Assembly (NCBI GenBank): GCA_020137815.1
Contig: CM035351.1
Coordinates: forward strand, 7,874,001-7,938,000
Origin: Hormiphora californensis
Taxonomy: Eukaryota; Animalia; Ctenophora
DNA length: 64,000 nucleotides
Direction: 5' to 3'
Positions 43,023 to 56,700 of this stretch are shown here, piece by piece; position 1 is the stretch's first letter; each line of letters starts with the position of its first letter. A program made the translations under genes and the position numbers. The notes below the pieces were generated by a model, which ran no database searches, had not been told where the DNA came from, and saw only the letters and a program-made list of their open reading frames with translations.

Positions 43023-44162
43023 GATGTTATCAACAAATGGAGAGATTACGATTCACTGTGTGGAAGGTTGGGTGAAGTGCGTATCATATGGCAGGGGTTC
43101 TTATACCACCGGCTGCCCGGACACGTGACGTGTCTTCTCCAATTACACACACACACAATTACACAAAAAAAAAAAAAAAAAGTTTAATTCTCTCACACAC
43201 AGGTATATCTGACTGGCAACGTCACGGTCCCCTGATGAGGTTGTGAACCGTCCTCCTCTCGTCACTGATCACCACCAATTGCTTCCAGGGTGACATGAGA
43301 AGTGAGATGGTACCAGATACGTCACACCATTTAGAGAGAGAGAGAGAGAGAGAGATCTGATGGAACGTCACATCTTATATTCGTCACAGCTAGTCAGACA
43401 CTCTGTCAGTGTCTATAGTATTAAAAAGTTCTAACTAAAACTTCGTGTGAGGATCAGTTAAATCTAACAAGCCCCAGCCCCTATGTCAAGACCTCCCCCT
43501 CCCTCGAAAACTTCCTCTGCCTCAAATGAAGTCTCTTATCAGTTCATTTGACTGTCTTTCATGAACAATATGGCTGTGTTATTTATTTTTCTCTTTCTGC
43601 TATAAGGTGGCGTCAACAAGTGTTATTGGAAAATCTTTTCTCCAACTATTCAAGGAAACTGGTTTGTTTCTTTCTCTCTCTCCCCCTCTCTCTTTCTCTC
43701 CCTGTCTTTTTTAATCTCTCTCTCTATCTCTCTCTTTCTTCATTCCTCCCTAGTCCCTGCACCCATGACAGAGACGAAGAAGTGCAACATTGGTCGAGCC
43801 AGGCACATTGTTAATTGTATGCTATGAGTATCACATCGCATACTAATTTTTTGTAGTAAGCTATTGGTTATATAACTGCCGATTACAACCCTCTCTCTTT
43901 ATTTCATTCTCTCCCTCCCTCCCTTTTCTCTCTCTCCTTCCCTTTTCTCTCTCTATGTCCCTTTCTTTATCTCTCTATGGCACCCCAGGCCCCACCAAGC
44001 GTCATCAGAGAAAGAGAGACAACCGATGGGAAGGTGAAAATTAATGCTTCAATTATTTGAATATCGGCTCATAAATCGCCCCACCAATAATACATTTTTA
44101 CTAATTCTTGCCCCTCCTCCTCCCTCGCCTTATAACTCGTCGCACAGACAGTAGCGTAAGAG

Positions 44163-44222
<60 letters not shown>

Positions 44223-44392
44223 GAAGAGAGAGAGAGAGAGAGAGAGATAGAGATGAGACGAAGAGCATAGAGAGATAGAAAGATCTCTATACTCTGCTCT
44301 CTCTCTCTATCACGATCTATCTCTCTCATCTCTCTCGCAGATCGAAAAGGTATCTAACCCTGCTTTACATTCATGGTCGTAGATCTCCTTAA

Positions 44393-45784
44393 GGGTACGC
44401 TAACCAAAAATTTTTTTCGAGTGCAGGGAAATCTCTCACCGTAGGGTTGTAGGCCATGCCAAGGAGACCTTAAATATGCAATTTGAGCTCTCAAGTCGAA
44501 TTCATATTTTTGCTACAGCTATTTAAAAAATGTCCTGTAAATACGTTTTTGGCATCTCAAAAATTTTTTTTAAAAGATAGGAGCATGAAACTTTGGGGAC
44601 TTGAAGAGGACATGAAGGGGAATAACCACAAAAAATTTTTTTTGCAATCCGAGCTGATTTCCGGTCCTGAGATGGATTTCTTTTTTTCCACTTTAACGCC
44701 CTATTTGGCAAAGTTCCGAAAACATGTGAAAGCTGTAAATTGGTGAAAAGTTGCGTCTAACGATTATCTAAGTGGCCATAAATTTTGGGCGTGTCCTTAT
44801 TTGAAATAAGATGTACAGAGTTTTTTTTGTGAAAGCCGTCATTTCAGAAATAAATAAATTCCCTGTATCTCAAAAACGGCTGATCGTAGAGACCTGAGAC
44901 TATGCTTAAACGATTCAGAAGGTCCGATTTTGGGGGGGTCTTCTGAGAGACATTTTGCTCCTACTTCAACCGTTTTTGCTGTAATTGCGAAAAACAAAAA
45001 CCCATCTTCGCCATCGTGGATTTTTTGTGATTTTGTTTTTGGTGATTATAGGGACCCATATGGACCAAATAGTGAAGGAATTAGCTTGTTACACATTTTT
45101 CCATAGTTTCGGTCCTTTCTTAGCCAAAATTCCCTAATTACAGGATATTGGAGTTTAGCTCTTGCCCTTTCCATAGAATTTGTTTTTCGCAATTACAGCA
45201 AAAACGGTTGAAGTAGGAGCAAAATGTCTCTCAGAAGACCCCCCCAAAATCGGACCTTCTGAATCGTTTAAGCATAGTCTCAGGTCTCTACGATCAGCCG
45301 TTTTTGAGATACAGGGAATTTATTTATTTCTGAAATGACGGCTTTCACAAAAAAAACTCTGTACATCTTATTTCAAATAAGGACACGCCCAAAATTTATG
45401 GCCACTTAGATAATCGTTAGACGCAACTTTTCACCAATTTACAGCTTTGACATGTTTTCGGAACTTTGCCAAATAGGGCGTTGAAGTGGAAAAAAAGAAA
45501 TCCATCTCAGGACCGGAAATCAGCTCGGATTGCAAAAAAAATTTTTTGTGGTTATTCCCCTTCATGTCCTCTTCAAATCCCCAAATTTTCATGCTCCTAT
45601 CTTTTAAAAAAAATTTTTGAGATGCCAAAAACGTATTTACAGGACATTTTTTAAATAGCTGTAGCAAAAATATGAATTCGACTTGAGAGCTCAAATTGCA
45701 TATTTGAGGTCTCCTTGGCATGGCCTACAACCCTACGGTGAGAGATTTCCCTGCACTCGAAAAAAATTTTTGGTTAGCGTACCC
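44393..45784. mobile_element. Foldback-type non-autonomous DNA transposon: about 606-bp TIRs, 180-bp spacer, TTAA target duplication (Kolobok-like termini)
   Basis: 44393-44998 is the near-perfect reverse complement of 45179-45784; ends read TTAA|GGGTACGC ... GCGTACCC|TTAA. The mirrored ORFs in the track confirm the symmetry. Confidence 0.9.
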
Positions 45785-45995
45785 TTAATAGTGCAAATAA
45801 TTCATTTTATATTTTCGCATCTTTTACATATTGTTTGAAAGAGATTTAATATCAACAAAATTTATTACTAAGCAAACGAAAAATTGCAAAATGCCCTGTT
45901 TCTCGAAACCGGCTAACATTAATTCTTAGAGACAGCTAAATTGTGTTCAAACGATGTGAAGGTCCGACTTATAGGACCCTATATAGTTACATGTA

Positions 45996-46131
45996 CAGTC
46001 GGACCCCGATTTAGGGACCCCCGATTTAGTGGCACCCCGATTAGCATTATTTGAACCCGATTTAGTGGACACCCCGATTTAGTGGACAAGAGCCTTTCCC
46101 CCGAGAGTGTCCCTAAATCGGGGTCCGACTG
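45996..46131. mobile_element. Tc1/mariner/pogo-type MITE (136 bp)
   Basis: TA|CAGTCGGACCCCGATTTAGGGAC ... GTCCCTAAATCGGGGTCCGACTG|TA, with internal repeats of CCCGATTTAGTGG. Confidence 0.8.
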
Positions 46132-46141
46132 TACCTACATG

Positions 46142-46288
46142 ATATAGTTATGGGCCTATATAGTTAGGGGCCTATATAGTTATGGGCCTATATAGTTAGG
46201 GGCCTATATAGTTAGGGGCCTATATAGTTAGGGGCCTATATAGTTAGGGGCCTATATAGTTAGGGGCCTATATAGTTAGGGGCCTATA
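46142..46288. repeat. 17-bp minisatellite (ATATAGTTAGGGGCCT-type unit), about 8 copies
   Basis: Direct tandem units visible. Confidence 0.9.
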
Positions 46289-47697
46289 ATATTAGGGCTA
46301 TATTCCAATCGTTTTTGTAGAAATCTTGTTGAGTAAGGTGACAAAGGTGACCCGCGTTGCCCCTGAGATCCGCATTGCTCCGAACATGCTAAATGGGACG
46401 ATTTTAAAATTGACGGTTCCTACAAAGTTTGTACACTACTTTTTGCAGAGTAAAATTGTCTATCTAACTGTTTTTACAAAATGTAAGTTGGCCAACTCAA
46501 ACAAAAATTATGGAAGTTTTGCTGGTGGCAACTTTAAAGTCACGTGACACACGTATTTCTTTTGATCCACTTTACCCCGCTCTCATCCTAGTTAATCTTA
46601 TACTAAATGCACCCCCATCTTCTATCTAATTGAAATCGTATAGTTATAGAGTACAGGTAGTAGTGGCACGGTGGGAAGGAGATTAAACTACTATTTAAAG
46701 TATTTAGTAGGTATAATAAAACAGATCTCTCTCCAAAGATGGGATCCCATTGAAAGGACGATGATATTCATCTCCACACACGCGGTAGGATAACTAGATC
46801 CACCATCCACTGAGGAGCGATTTGTATACCGCATCTCTTATACAGGCCCTAGCCATCTTATCTGTATTAGTATCTTCTACCGATCAGCCATCTTATCTGT
46901 ATCTAATTCATTTACTTGTGACTTGTCTTACAATTTATTAATATTATCTATCGGGTAGGTAAATACCCGCGTGGATCGGCGCTTACTAAATCATGGAGGG
47001 GGAGGTGTATCCGTACTGATCAATACGGATAAAACTTTAATCAGCATCGGTTCGATAGTCTAGACGGTAATGACAACTGATAGTATAAGAGGGGATGAGA
47101 AAAGAGAGGTAAAACTAAATTAGTGAGCATGAGAGAGAGATGTAAAGTAGAGAAGAAGGGGTAAAGAGAGAGGGAGAGAGAGAAAATATTATAAAGATCT
47201 GTTTCATACTGACACGCGGAGAACTGGGTTTGCTGATGAAATAATATCTAGTTCTTGAATCAGATTTATCCCTGCTGAAGGCTTCATAAACACAGATGTT
47301 GAATCTATTCGTATCGCCTCAACATTGCTATATTATACGTTAAATTGTATATTACAGTGGCTTTGTTGACCTTTATATATGTGGTATATAAATTACTCCC
47401 GCCTCCTAGAGCTATATGCAGCCTGTAATATAATGGCGCATGACTGTTTGCACTAGATTTACTTTCACTTGTGAAATTCGGCGGTTTGCTTTGTAAAATC
47501 CCATTCTCTTTTCGGTCCCCTTGCACAATATAATATATTTAAATAAAGCTATAATATAATAGCCCTCCCTCAGTCTCACAGCCTTTGTCTCGCAGCTCCT
47601 ATCAATCTCTTTCACTTATTCTTTTCACCTTTACTATTGAGATTACTAATTTATAAACTATTCAACTTGCTATAATCAGTATCTGATAGGAGTCTTA

Positions 47698-47811
47698 CCT
47701 CGTCAGCTTTGTCGAGTACTGTCCCCCACAACCCCCCTGTATCAAAGGAAGGTGCTATGATACTGCGTTGTGGTCCATTTTCTTTGATCTTGTTATATAT
47801 CTTCCTGGAAT
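47698..47811 (-). other. Isolated candidate coding exon (SRKIYNKIKENGPQRSIIAPSFDTGGLWGTVLDKADE)
   Basis: Acceptor CCCCCTCAG, open frame, donor GAG|GTAAGA. Parent gene not identified. Confidence 0.35.
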
Positions 47812-48337
47812 CTGAGGGGGTAGTTTTTCTTATAATCTGTAATGGTTAAAGAGTACTAGAAGAGAGTAATAGTAGTGGTTTCAGTGAGACAAAATGCCGG
47901 CCTTGTTTTGGAGGGTTCCAAAGACAGGAACGCTAGTTGTTTAGGCGGTTGGAGTAGTTATTATATAGAGCCACTATATTAAACTCTCCATATCACGCAA
48001 TCCTTTAGGCTTTACCAGGAAAATAGGAAATTCAGAGGACCTCTGACAGAGGCCAATTATATGGTCCAGGCCGGGGATATGGAATTTGTGACTTAAACCG
48101 CTTTTCCAATAAACCAACATCTTTGCTTGAGACAGTTGTGTCGAAAAATCTAGTAATGAATTAATATACGGAGAGAGATGAAAGGAGCTGATTTGTATAA
48201 AACACTGCGTACGCCTTGTTAACTCCACACGCACTGTTTTTTGTTCAAACCGAGTAAAGATATAATAAAGAGAGGGAGAGTGAGAGAGAGAGTGAGAGAG
48301 AGAGAGAGAGAGAGATAAAGAAAGAGAGAGAGAGAGA

Positions 48338-48372
<35 letters not shown>

Positions 48373-49882
48373 GTTGTTGCGAGAAGCCGTCCCGGGGGGC
48401 AATGCAGCAGCTGATGGTGGTGGTCGGTCGGTGCTGCAGTCGGCTATTCCTTTCATCCTTTGTTATGCTTACAAAAGTTAAACGCTACAAGCTAGTCTCT
48501 TCTCGCTTAAAGAAGCTTGTCAAGTATGCAACAATGCACAGAGCCCCCCCCCCCCTTATAGTGGAGAAAAAGTGATTGTACAGTTAAGTTATTGTGACTA
48601 TTTACCTGCATCACAAATATGCTAACTACACATAATTTATAGCGTTACTATTCAACCCCCACCCAGTTCAAAACCCACCTGCGGTTTACTTGTTAACCAT
48701 GCAAAATTGTAGTTGAAGCATTGCGGCAATTGTCTCCTCTTTTTAGATAGTCATTCAAGCTTCTTCTGAAATTGCATCATTCTTATTTTTGACCTGCGAT
48801 GACTCATCATGATTCAATGGTCAGTGTTTTGTATTACAAAGCCTTTTATTTATCCGTAGTGGGATTGATTGATACATTTTCCCACCTATACAGGCAGACA
48901 CTATTGGTTATTATTGGCTGAGAGTTCTTCCCCTTTTCATATATTGCATTGATACTCGATTGATGTATCGATGATACAGTCTACAATTCTTATGTCTTGT
49001 GGATTTACTCACCACTAAACGCTAAACGCATACAGATCTCTTTACGGTCGACATCCCTGTCCTCACTCTTTGTCGTATAATATGCCTTTTTGGTAAGCGT
49101 TCTATTGACCACACACTGATACCTACGTAATCCCATATATCGAATAGAATACCCCACGGACCAAACAGCATGTCTTTCTAGAGAGCATGCATACCACAGG
49201 ATGTTTACGTGCGCTTAAAAAGGATCTAAAAACCGCTAAAGGACTGAGTAGACTAGATATATCTCTAAGTTGAATTTAGCCGCATCCAATGCGAACTAGT
49301 ACTAGTAGTGTTTGAACCAAATATCTAATGGGAATGGTCGCGTTATTATTTGGTAAAAACCACAGCTCAACCCGCCGCACTGTTAAATACATGTGTTAGA
49401 GTGAATTCTCTATTTTTGGCACAAGGTCCAGTTAAATGACCAACTATATATATATTAGTTTACCTCTAGTCGAGATTGTGGCCAGTGTTATACAGTGACC
49501 AATATATTATTTGATACGCAAGAGAGATGATGACCTGATCTTGTTCCATTTTAATTTACGCGTTTTTAATGAACAATGTGTCCTCGAAACTGAGATAATG
49601 TGTTATTGAAGCGATAGAAAAGATAGCTTCCCCAGTGCAACAATTCAGTTTAATTTTTCAATCTGCTCTCTATCTACATTGTTCAAGATATCGTTTTATC
49701 TCGAGCACTGATCGCCATAAAACTGCTATAATAGATGGCGTGGATTACAATTGTAATGGTAAGGTTCAGGCACGTGTGCTAATGACGTGTTGGCTGCATT
49801 GTAGTTTCTCAGCCACGTGATTTCTCGCTTTCTCCATGGATCAGTGGTCATATAATGATCTTTTTACCTTGGTCGATCAGAA

Positions 49883-50075
49883 CTGTTTGGTCAATAATAA
49901 GTTTAGTACCTGTAGTCAGAACTATCAGTTTGGTCAATAATAAGTTTAGTACCTGTAGCCAGAACTATCTGTTTGGTCAATAATAAGTTTAGTACCTGTA
50001 GCCAGAACTATCTGTTTGGTCAATAATAAGTTTAGTACCTGTAGCCAGAACTATCTGTTTGGTCAATAATAAGTA
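49883..50075. repeat. 43-bp minisatellite, about 4.5 copies
   Basis: Unit CTGTTTGGTCAATAATAAGTTTAGTACCTGTAGCCAGAACTAT starts at 49883, 49926, 49969, 50012 and 50055. Confidence 0.92.
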
Positions 50076-51114
50076 CCTGACCTATTGTGCTCATGTTGTT
50101 TTCACAAGGATGTCCTACAGGCCACGCGCCGCTGTGTTTTCGGGGTGAGAGCTTGCCCTAATTGTTGCTGTAGTCCTACTTTCCCTTTAAAAGTCCCCCC
50201 CTTTTCCCGTATTTTCCCCCTTTTTTTTCTTTCTCTTTGCTGTCTCCTACTTTCCTATCTAGTCCCCCCGTCCTCTTTATCATCTTTTCCCCCTCTTTTC
50301 TTCTATTCCCCTTCTTGTCTCTCTCTTTCCTTTCTTTCTCTTTCCCAAATGTGACTTAACTGGTTTAATAGGCTATTTGGGGGACCCATTAGCTACTTTA
50401 AAAACTTCCCACAGCGTTGTTCAATCATCTAGTATGTACACACTGGCACTCAAAACATATATGAGAGAGGTATGAGAGAGAGACTAGTAGCGGGGACTAG
50501 AGAGGAGATAGTGAGAGAGCAGAGAGGAAGATTAAGTGCTCTCTATCTCCTCTCTCTTCTCCTTTGCTTCTCTCGAGCTTTCACCTTCTCTCCTCTCTCC
50601 TCCTCTCTCTCTCCCGGCACTCTCTCTCTCTCCTCTCTCTTCTCTCTTCTTCTCGCCCCCTCTTCTGTTTCTCTCATCCCCCTCGAGCTCTCTCCTCTCC
50701 CTTCTTCTTCTCTCCTCCTCTCTCTGTAGCCTCACTCTCGTCTCTCTCATCTCTCTCCTCTCCTCTCTTCTCTCTTGTCTACAAACCTCACACTTTGTCA
50801 TCATCCCCCTTACAGCTTTGTTATAGCTATTGTCTCCAACATTCTTCCAGCGCTCCACCAACGTCTTCTTGTTACTCTCAATAGCAACAACAAGCCAACA
50901 ACAGCCCCTCACTGCATTGTTACTCAACAACCAACAGCATCTCTGTAGCACAACAATTTACTTGTTGTTGCCATAATAATCTCTCACCCTTTGTTTGTAC
51001 CAACTCATTTTGTTTCTTGAATTACAATTAGATAATCCCCAGCTAAAAGCTTTGTAATCTGAATATTGAAATCGTTACAACTGCCCACTATATCTTCTTC
51101 AGTAGTAGTTGCAG

Positions 51115-51413
51115 ATGACTGAATCCCCAACCTCGACTGTGTCTATTGACGAGTCAGCCTCAACAATGCAGCTTCTCAAGGTACTATATTAAGTTTCATG
51201 TCTCCCTGGTATAATTGTTATCTATACATTTGAAAATAATCACTAGTTCCCCCTCTTTGAAGGTATTGTGTAAGATGCAGGACCAGCGGAATGGTTCAAA
51301 TCACCATGGTTACCATGGTCACGAAGAGAACCCCATCATGCCCAGTTCCGCCATTCCAAAACTCCCCCCATCATTCAGAAGGGCATCAGTGCCTACCAGC
51401 GAGATTTACGACA
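51115..51413 (+). CDS. First two coding exons of an unidentified gene (51115-51180, 51263-51413); downstream exons not located
   Basis: CAG|ATG start, MTESPTSTVSIDESASTMQLLK|VLCKMQDQRNG...PKLPPSFRRASVPTSEIYD; in-frame 82-nt GT-AG intron; ends at a consensus GTAAGT donor. Confidence 0.5.
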
Positions 51414-52120
51414 GTAAGTATAGTATTCACGACAGTGCGTGAGTGATCGGTAGCGGTTCAATTAGTCGATCATTAAGTGGGGGGTGTGTGTCAAAATGCT
51501 CAGATATGAATATCTCACAAATTATTAAATTTTACCCAATAATGAAGAGTTGAAGTTTAATAAATTGCCTACCGCTCGCCCTAGCACGCGGCCCTGTCAA
51601 AGAGTTAAAAATGAGTTGACAGGTAAATTTAATTGACAAATTAATAAAATTTCGAAATAAAACTGAGAATATTGTTTAAAATTTGGCCCCAAAAGTTTCT
51701 TGTCAATCACCCACAGTCACTCAGGAGCGCGTATCTATTGCATCTAAGAATCATACGCACACTCACAACTATATAACCTTCCGGCACGATATATATATAG
51801 TGATTGTTCCAAGGGGAGCTCACTTACATGGATGGTTTGGTTTAATTAAAAGTACGATTAGAGCTCTCTCTCTCTCCCGGTTTCAGATGATGCGAGGGAA
51901 TTTGTCAATTGGACGTTTACAACCACCGCGTAACAAGTAGCCACACCATTATCGACTGTCACGTGTTTACGAAGCTCGTGCAATAATCAATCAGTAGATA
52001 CAGATAATCGAGCACCCGTGTCAAATCAAATGTCTATCATTTTCTATTACTGTCTGTTCCCTTCTCTTTCTCTCTCTCCCTCTGTGTTCACTATCTATCT
52101 CTCTCTCTTCTCTCTTTCTC

Positions 52121-52216
<96 letters not shown>

Positions 52217-53707
52217 ACAACCTGCCCTGGTTAATCGGGGCTCGTGCAGCTATAACTATAAACAGAGAGCTATAAGATTCACTAAGTTATTTGTTCGCTC
52301 GCTCGAGTGACGGCTATGGATGAAGGCGTTGGTCGTGCAACTGTGGGTGGGTCTGGCAGTATAAAGATTATTTTCTTTTCAAGCATTCATGTTCATGAAT
52401 CTGATCCACCCCTTTTATGCATAAAGAAAGGTGAAAATGTCTTAATTGTTTTTCGTCAGCGATGAGGTCAAAAATATATTAACGTCAGCATACTGATTTC
52501 TTTATACTTGTAGCCACGGGCTGCAGGGCCACTTATAAGCTGAATTGTGACGTGAATACATATCTATTGTTTAATCAGCAGCTGTTTTCTGAACTCTCCC
52601 ATGGGTTATCTATAAGCTTGTGCAGCTCGATATTTTATCTTCACGCACTATTATTTCCACCCATAGCTTTGTATTATCATTACCTATACTACAGTATATC
52701 ACCCGCAATTTCATTATTATACAGTAGGATCTCAAGATATAATAAGTGTGTCCGGGCCGGGGCTTTGTCTGATTGTCTGATCTGTGCGGGAGTTTAATAT
52801 ATAGTGCCCCCCCCCCCCTAGATAGATAACTTCCCCCAATGAACCGGGGGATAGAGCTTGGATATAGATATACAAAGGACGTGTCTAGTAAGAATAATGA
52901 TTAGCACGCCTAATCAAGACCTCCCCCTATCTAATGGCACTGGGTGGAAGACATTATATAGCTGGAATATATCTACAAAGACATACAGAAGACAAAGGTT
53001 TATTGAAATGGGCCGTGACGATCATTGGGTAGATACAAGCTTGTATCATCCCAATCTCGTAGGTGGTTTCAATAACATGACCATTCTCACCAACTCCACC
53101 GTTCAGTAGCGTATTTCGTGGGGCTATATAAATAATACATGGCTAGATAAGAAGGAGTAAACGCTATATATACTGGACTTGTTGGTACGAGGTGTTTTAA
53201 TATGTTCGTATCTCGGTGGCGAACACTGATATAATGATAACCTGTCATTGTCAAGTGAAATGGATATCTTTCCTTCATTTCACATATCATTATATTATTT
53301 CGTAACAAAAGAATTTTGAGAATTTGCAATACCCACCCCCCTTCCAGCTTATATCTAGCGCACAGCAGGAGAGAAGCTGAGCTGGCCGGGTCCGGGGCTT
53401 CTAAAGCATACTAACTTGATCACGCCAAGAATTACAGCCGCCATACTCCCCCCATTGTTGTAGCTCACTATATGCTAGGAGAAAGTTCACGCCTGGCCTC
53501 TTTAAATTTACAATTTCAATACCCCCCACACTCTGCTCAGTAACTCAGTAGCTGTCCTTTCTCTCTAAAACTCGCAATGGCACAACAATTTGTTGAAGAA
53601 TAGAGCACTAAACATTTAGACCCAGCTCCTCCCTATGTTTAATTTACTTTACACTGTTGTCAGATTACCTAACTCAACTGTAAGTGTTAATATTATATAT
53701 TAATAAA

Positions 53708-53764
<57 letters not shown>

Positions 53765-56700
53765 CCCTGAGTGACCACATTTACTATTACTTATACTACT
53801 ACTTGGAGTTTATACTATTACTAGTCCCCTATTAAACTATTGATCACTGTTCTCTAAAGTGGAGAACGTACTGTAAACATATAAAATTTCCTTTCACGTG
53901 ATAGCTCCGTTTTGATACTACACAACAGTATAGAATTTGATTGGCCGATTTCAATCAACCTGCACATATATAAAAAATGGAATTCCCAACTGCATCTCTC
54001 TTTGATAAAGACACACCATTTTCCCAATACTATATCAATCTACAATCTCTCTCTAACCTATTCTCTATATTTACAGAGTAAGATCCCCTCTCTCTCCGTT
54101 ATAGTTTAACTATCCCACTCTGCATCCTAGTCTCTCTTTGTAACCCCTCACTCAGACACGGGGGATTGACACGATCTGTGAGCCAGGATTGAATGGGGCC
54201 ACCCCGCCACCCCCCGTGCTATGATACCATTTTGTTGTTGTAACTTTACTAAATTTACAGAACTTTAACTAACTTTTGTAGAAGCCATGCATTCTATAGT
54301 ACTACTTGTCTTATATTCATGGCGTGTTTCGGACTATTCAATATGATATCGTATTGATATAATTCTGTTTATGATACGAATAAGAAGTCATAATTGCATG
54401 AATAAATATTTTATTCCCTGTTCCGATCCGGAAAACTACTTCGAAAATCATTGTTTTATTACACTGCTGCTCCTCCTGCTGGGATACATGGAATATGCAG
54501 CTGAACATCATTATACACCGACATGAACACCTGAAGTAGCACCCTATACTTTGTTGAGTATACTCAACAACCCCTATAACTCGGCTATAGAATTCCCCTG
54601 TTTTTAGTTAAAATTACAGTAGGTAGGCCACTAGTTTGATTAGGGGGACTCTCGGCGATCCTGCACATGATATCAAAACCTCAGTCAACACCACCTGTCC
54701 CTTAGGAATTACTAGGCTGGGTTTATTAAAATTATTTACCTAATCTCAACTTCCGTCAAATATTCCCTTCTTTCGTCGCTACCTTGGCACTTATATTAAT
54801 TTACTTGAACAAAAAGCAATTTAAGCTCTTTCATGCCTTCCTCTCTGAATGTCACAGCTACACATATCTCTCGAGTGGTTGTTGGGGGGAAATATAATTC
54901 CAAGCTGATTATACTACTTTCCAAGAAGATACACTGCACTTGTTTCAATAGTGATCTCACATGGTGTTATCAGTAACACGATGTTGTCTCTCTTTGTGGC
55001 AGCTTGGCTCGCTTTGAAAGCTTTTCTCAGTGTACTGTGTCATTTTGGGAGACACGGTTTAGATCGGAGACACGCACCACTTGGTGATTAATAATTTAGA
55101 TTAACGGCTAGCCATGTGGTTAATGGGCGCCACCCCGCAGTCAGACGGTATAATGACCCCTCCTCCACACGTGGTCTTCAACAATCTACCATGCGTCTCT
55201 CTGATATTCCTTCCAGCCGGTCAGTTAACAGCCTGATTCTTTTTGTAAACTTCCACTAAAGCGTCTCAATCCATTAGTATTGCTCCTTAGAGGTCAGCAC
55301 CGCACAAGAGCACCGCACTTGGTATTTTCATTAATAGCACCGCTCAGGAGTAAGATAGAGGTCTGGTTTTTTCGCTAAAAGGAAATTTGAACACCGGACC
55401 ATCTGCAGAGTATATGAAAATCAACCCCCGGCTGTTATGTTAATGTATCGGAATCTTTGATTGAAAAATTTTGGTCGGACGACCAGTTAAAAAAAACAAG
55501 ACCCTATAGGGGAAAACAAAGCGATCATCAGTTAGTTGAGTAAAAGTCTTTGATATAGTGGTTTCTGCAAATTCACAAACGACACTAACCTATTTATTTC
55601 TTTGACATGAGCCAAGCCCTGCACTATGTCAAAAGAAAGACTTCTGACGAACGACTTCTGACGTTGTATGGTGCATGATCCGCCTCAGCCTGAGAGATAG
55701 TAGAGAGAGGAGGGAGAGACGAGCAGAGATAGAGGACAGGAGAGACAGGAGACATGAGAGGAGAAAGAGGAGGGGAAAAGAGAGAGAGAGATGATCTTGA
55801 GGAGAGAGCGAGAGAGAGAGAGGATCCGAGAAAAAAGAAGAGAGAGAGAGAGAGAGAGGGGGGGGGAGAGGGCGGGGGGAGAGGGAGAAATAGAGAAGAG
55901 ATTAGAGAAAGATAGATATCATACGGGGGGTCACCAAACGGGTGTTCAACCAACGGGCTTTCTAGTAGTTCAAAACAAAGGAAAGCACACCGCAAAATTT
56001 ATCAATTCAGGCAACACAAAGGACTGATGAGGGTTGTTGGAAATTTTAATGGTACGTTCTCGAAGCATATTTATTTTGAATTATATTGTGGATTGTTCTT
56101 GCGAAGTGCACATAGACGAGAGATATTTCGGCGCCCGTTCTTTGGTATAAGATACTGAGGACAGGGCATATAGTTAAGAGCTTTATAGAGCTGATGATAT
56201 CTAAGACAAATTACAAAGCGGTGTTAGCTCTCAAATCACAAGAAGCTAGAACCGTCCCCAGTTGGTACAGATGATAAGACTCTGATGGGCGCCTCCCTTC
56301 TTCCTATTTAGTGTTGGGTGAGTTGTGCGCAAAGACTATGTGCAGGCATCCATGATCATAAGCTATTGTACACTAAGACTAACAACATTGTACCAATCCC
56401 CAACAAAAGATCATATTAGATCATGCCAACACAACAATTTTTCACTCAATTCCCCAAAAAGATTCTATTAAGATCCGTTGCACGCAAGCGAGAGATCAGT
56501 TGTGAACGGGTGCCCAGCCCTGTCAGATTTCTTAGTATTGATTCTGTATTACCACCTCAAATAGCAGTCCTCTCGTTCTTCTGCATTGGGGCTCCAGCTG
56601 TAGAATTAAAGCTAACAAAACAACACACATTGATTAAAGAGATTAGAGTCCAACGAGCCCAATTTAATACTAGCTTTTATTAAAATCAAGCTTATAAGTA

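Noticed and set aside
44483-45721. Two pairs of near-identical ORFs on opposite strands as duplicated genes or a transposase
   Set aside because: They are mirror translations of the foldback arms; short, with no DDE or other domain motifs.
49883-50075. 43-bp periodic array as CRISPR or RNA gene array
   Set aside because: Head-to-tail minisatellite without spacers or recognisable RNA structure.
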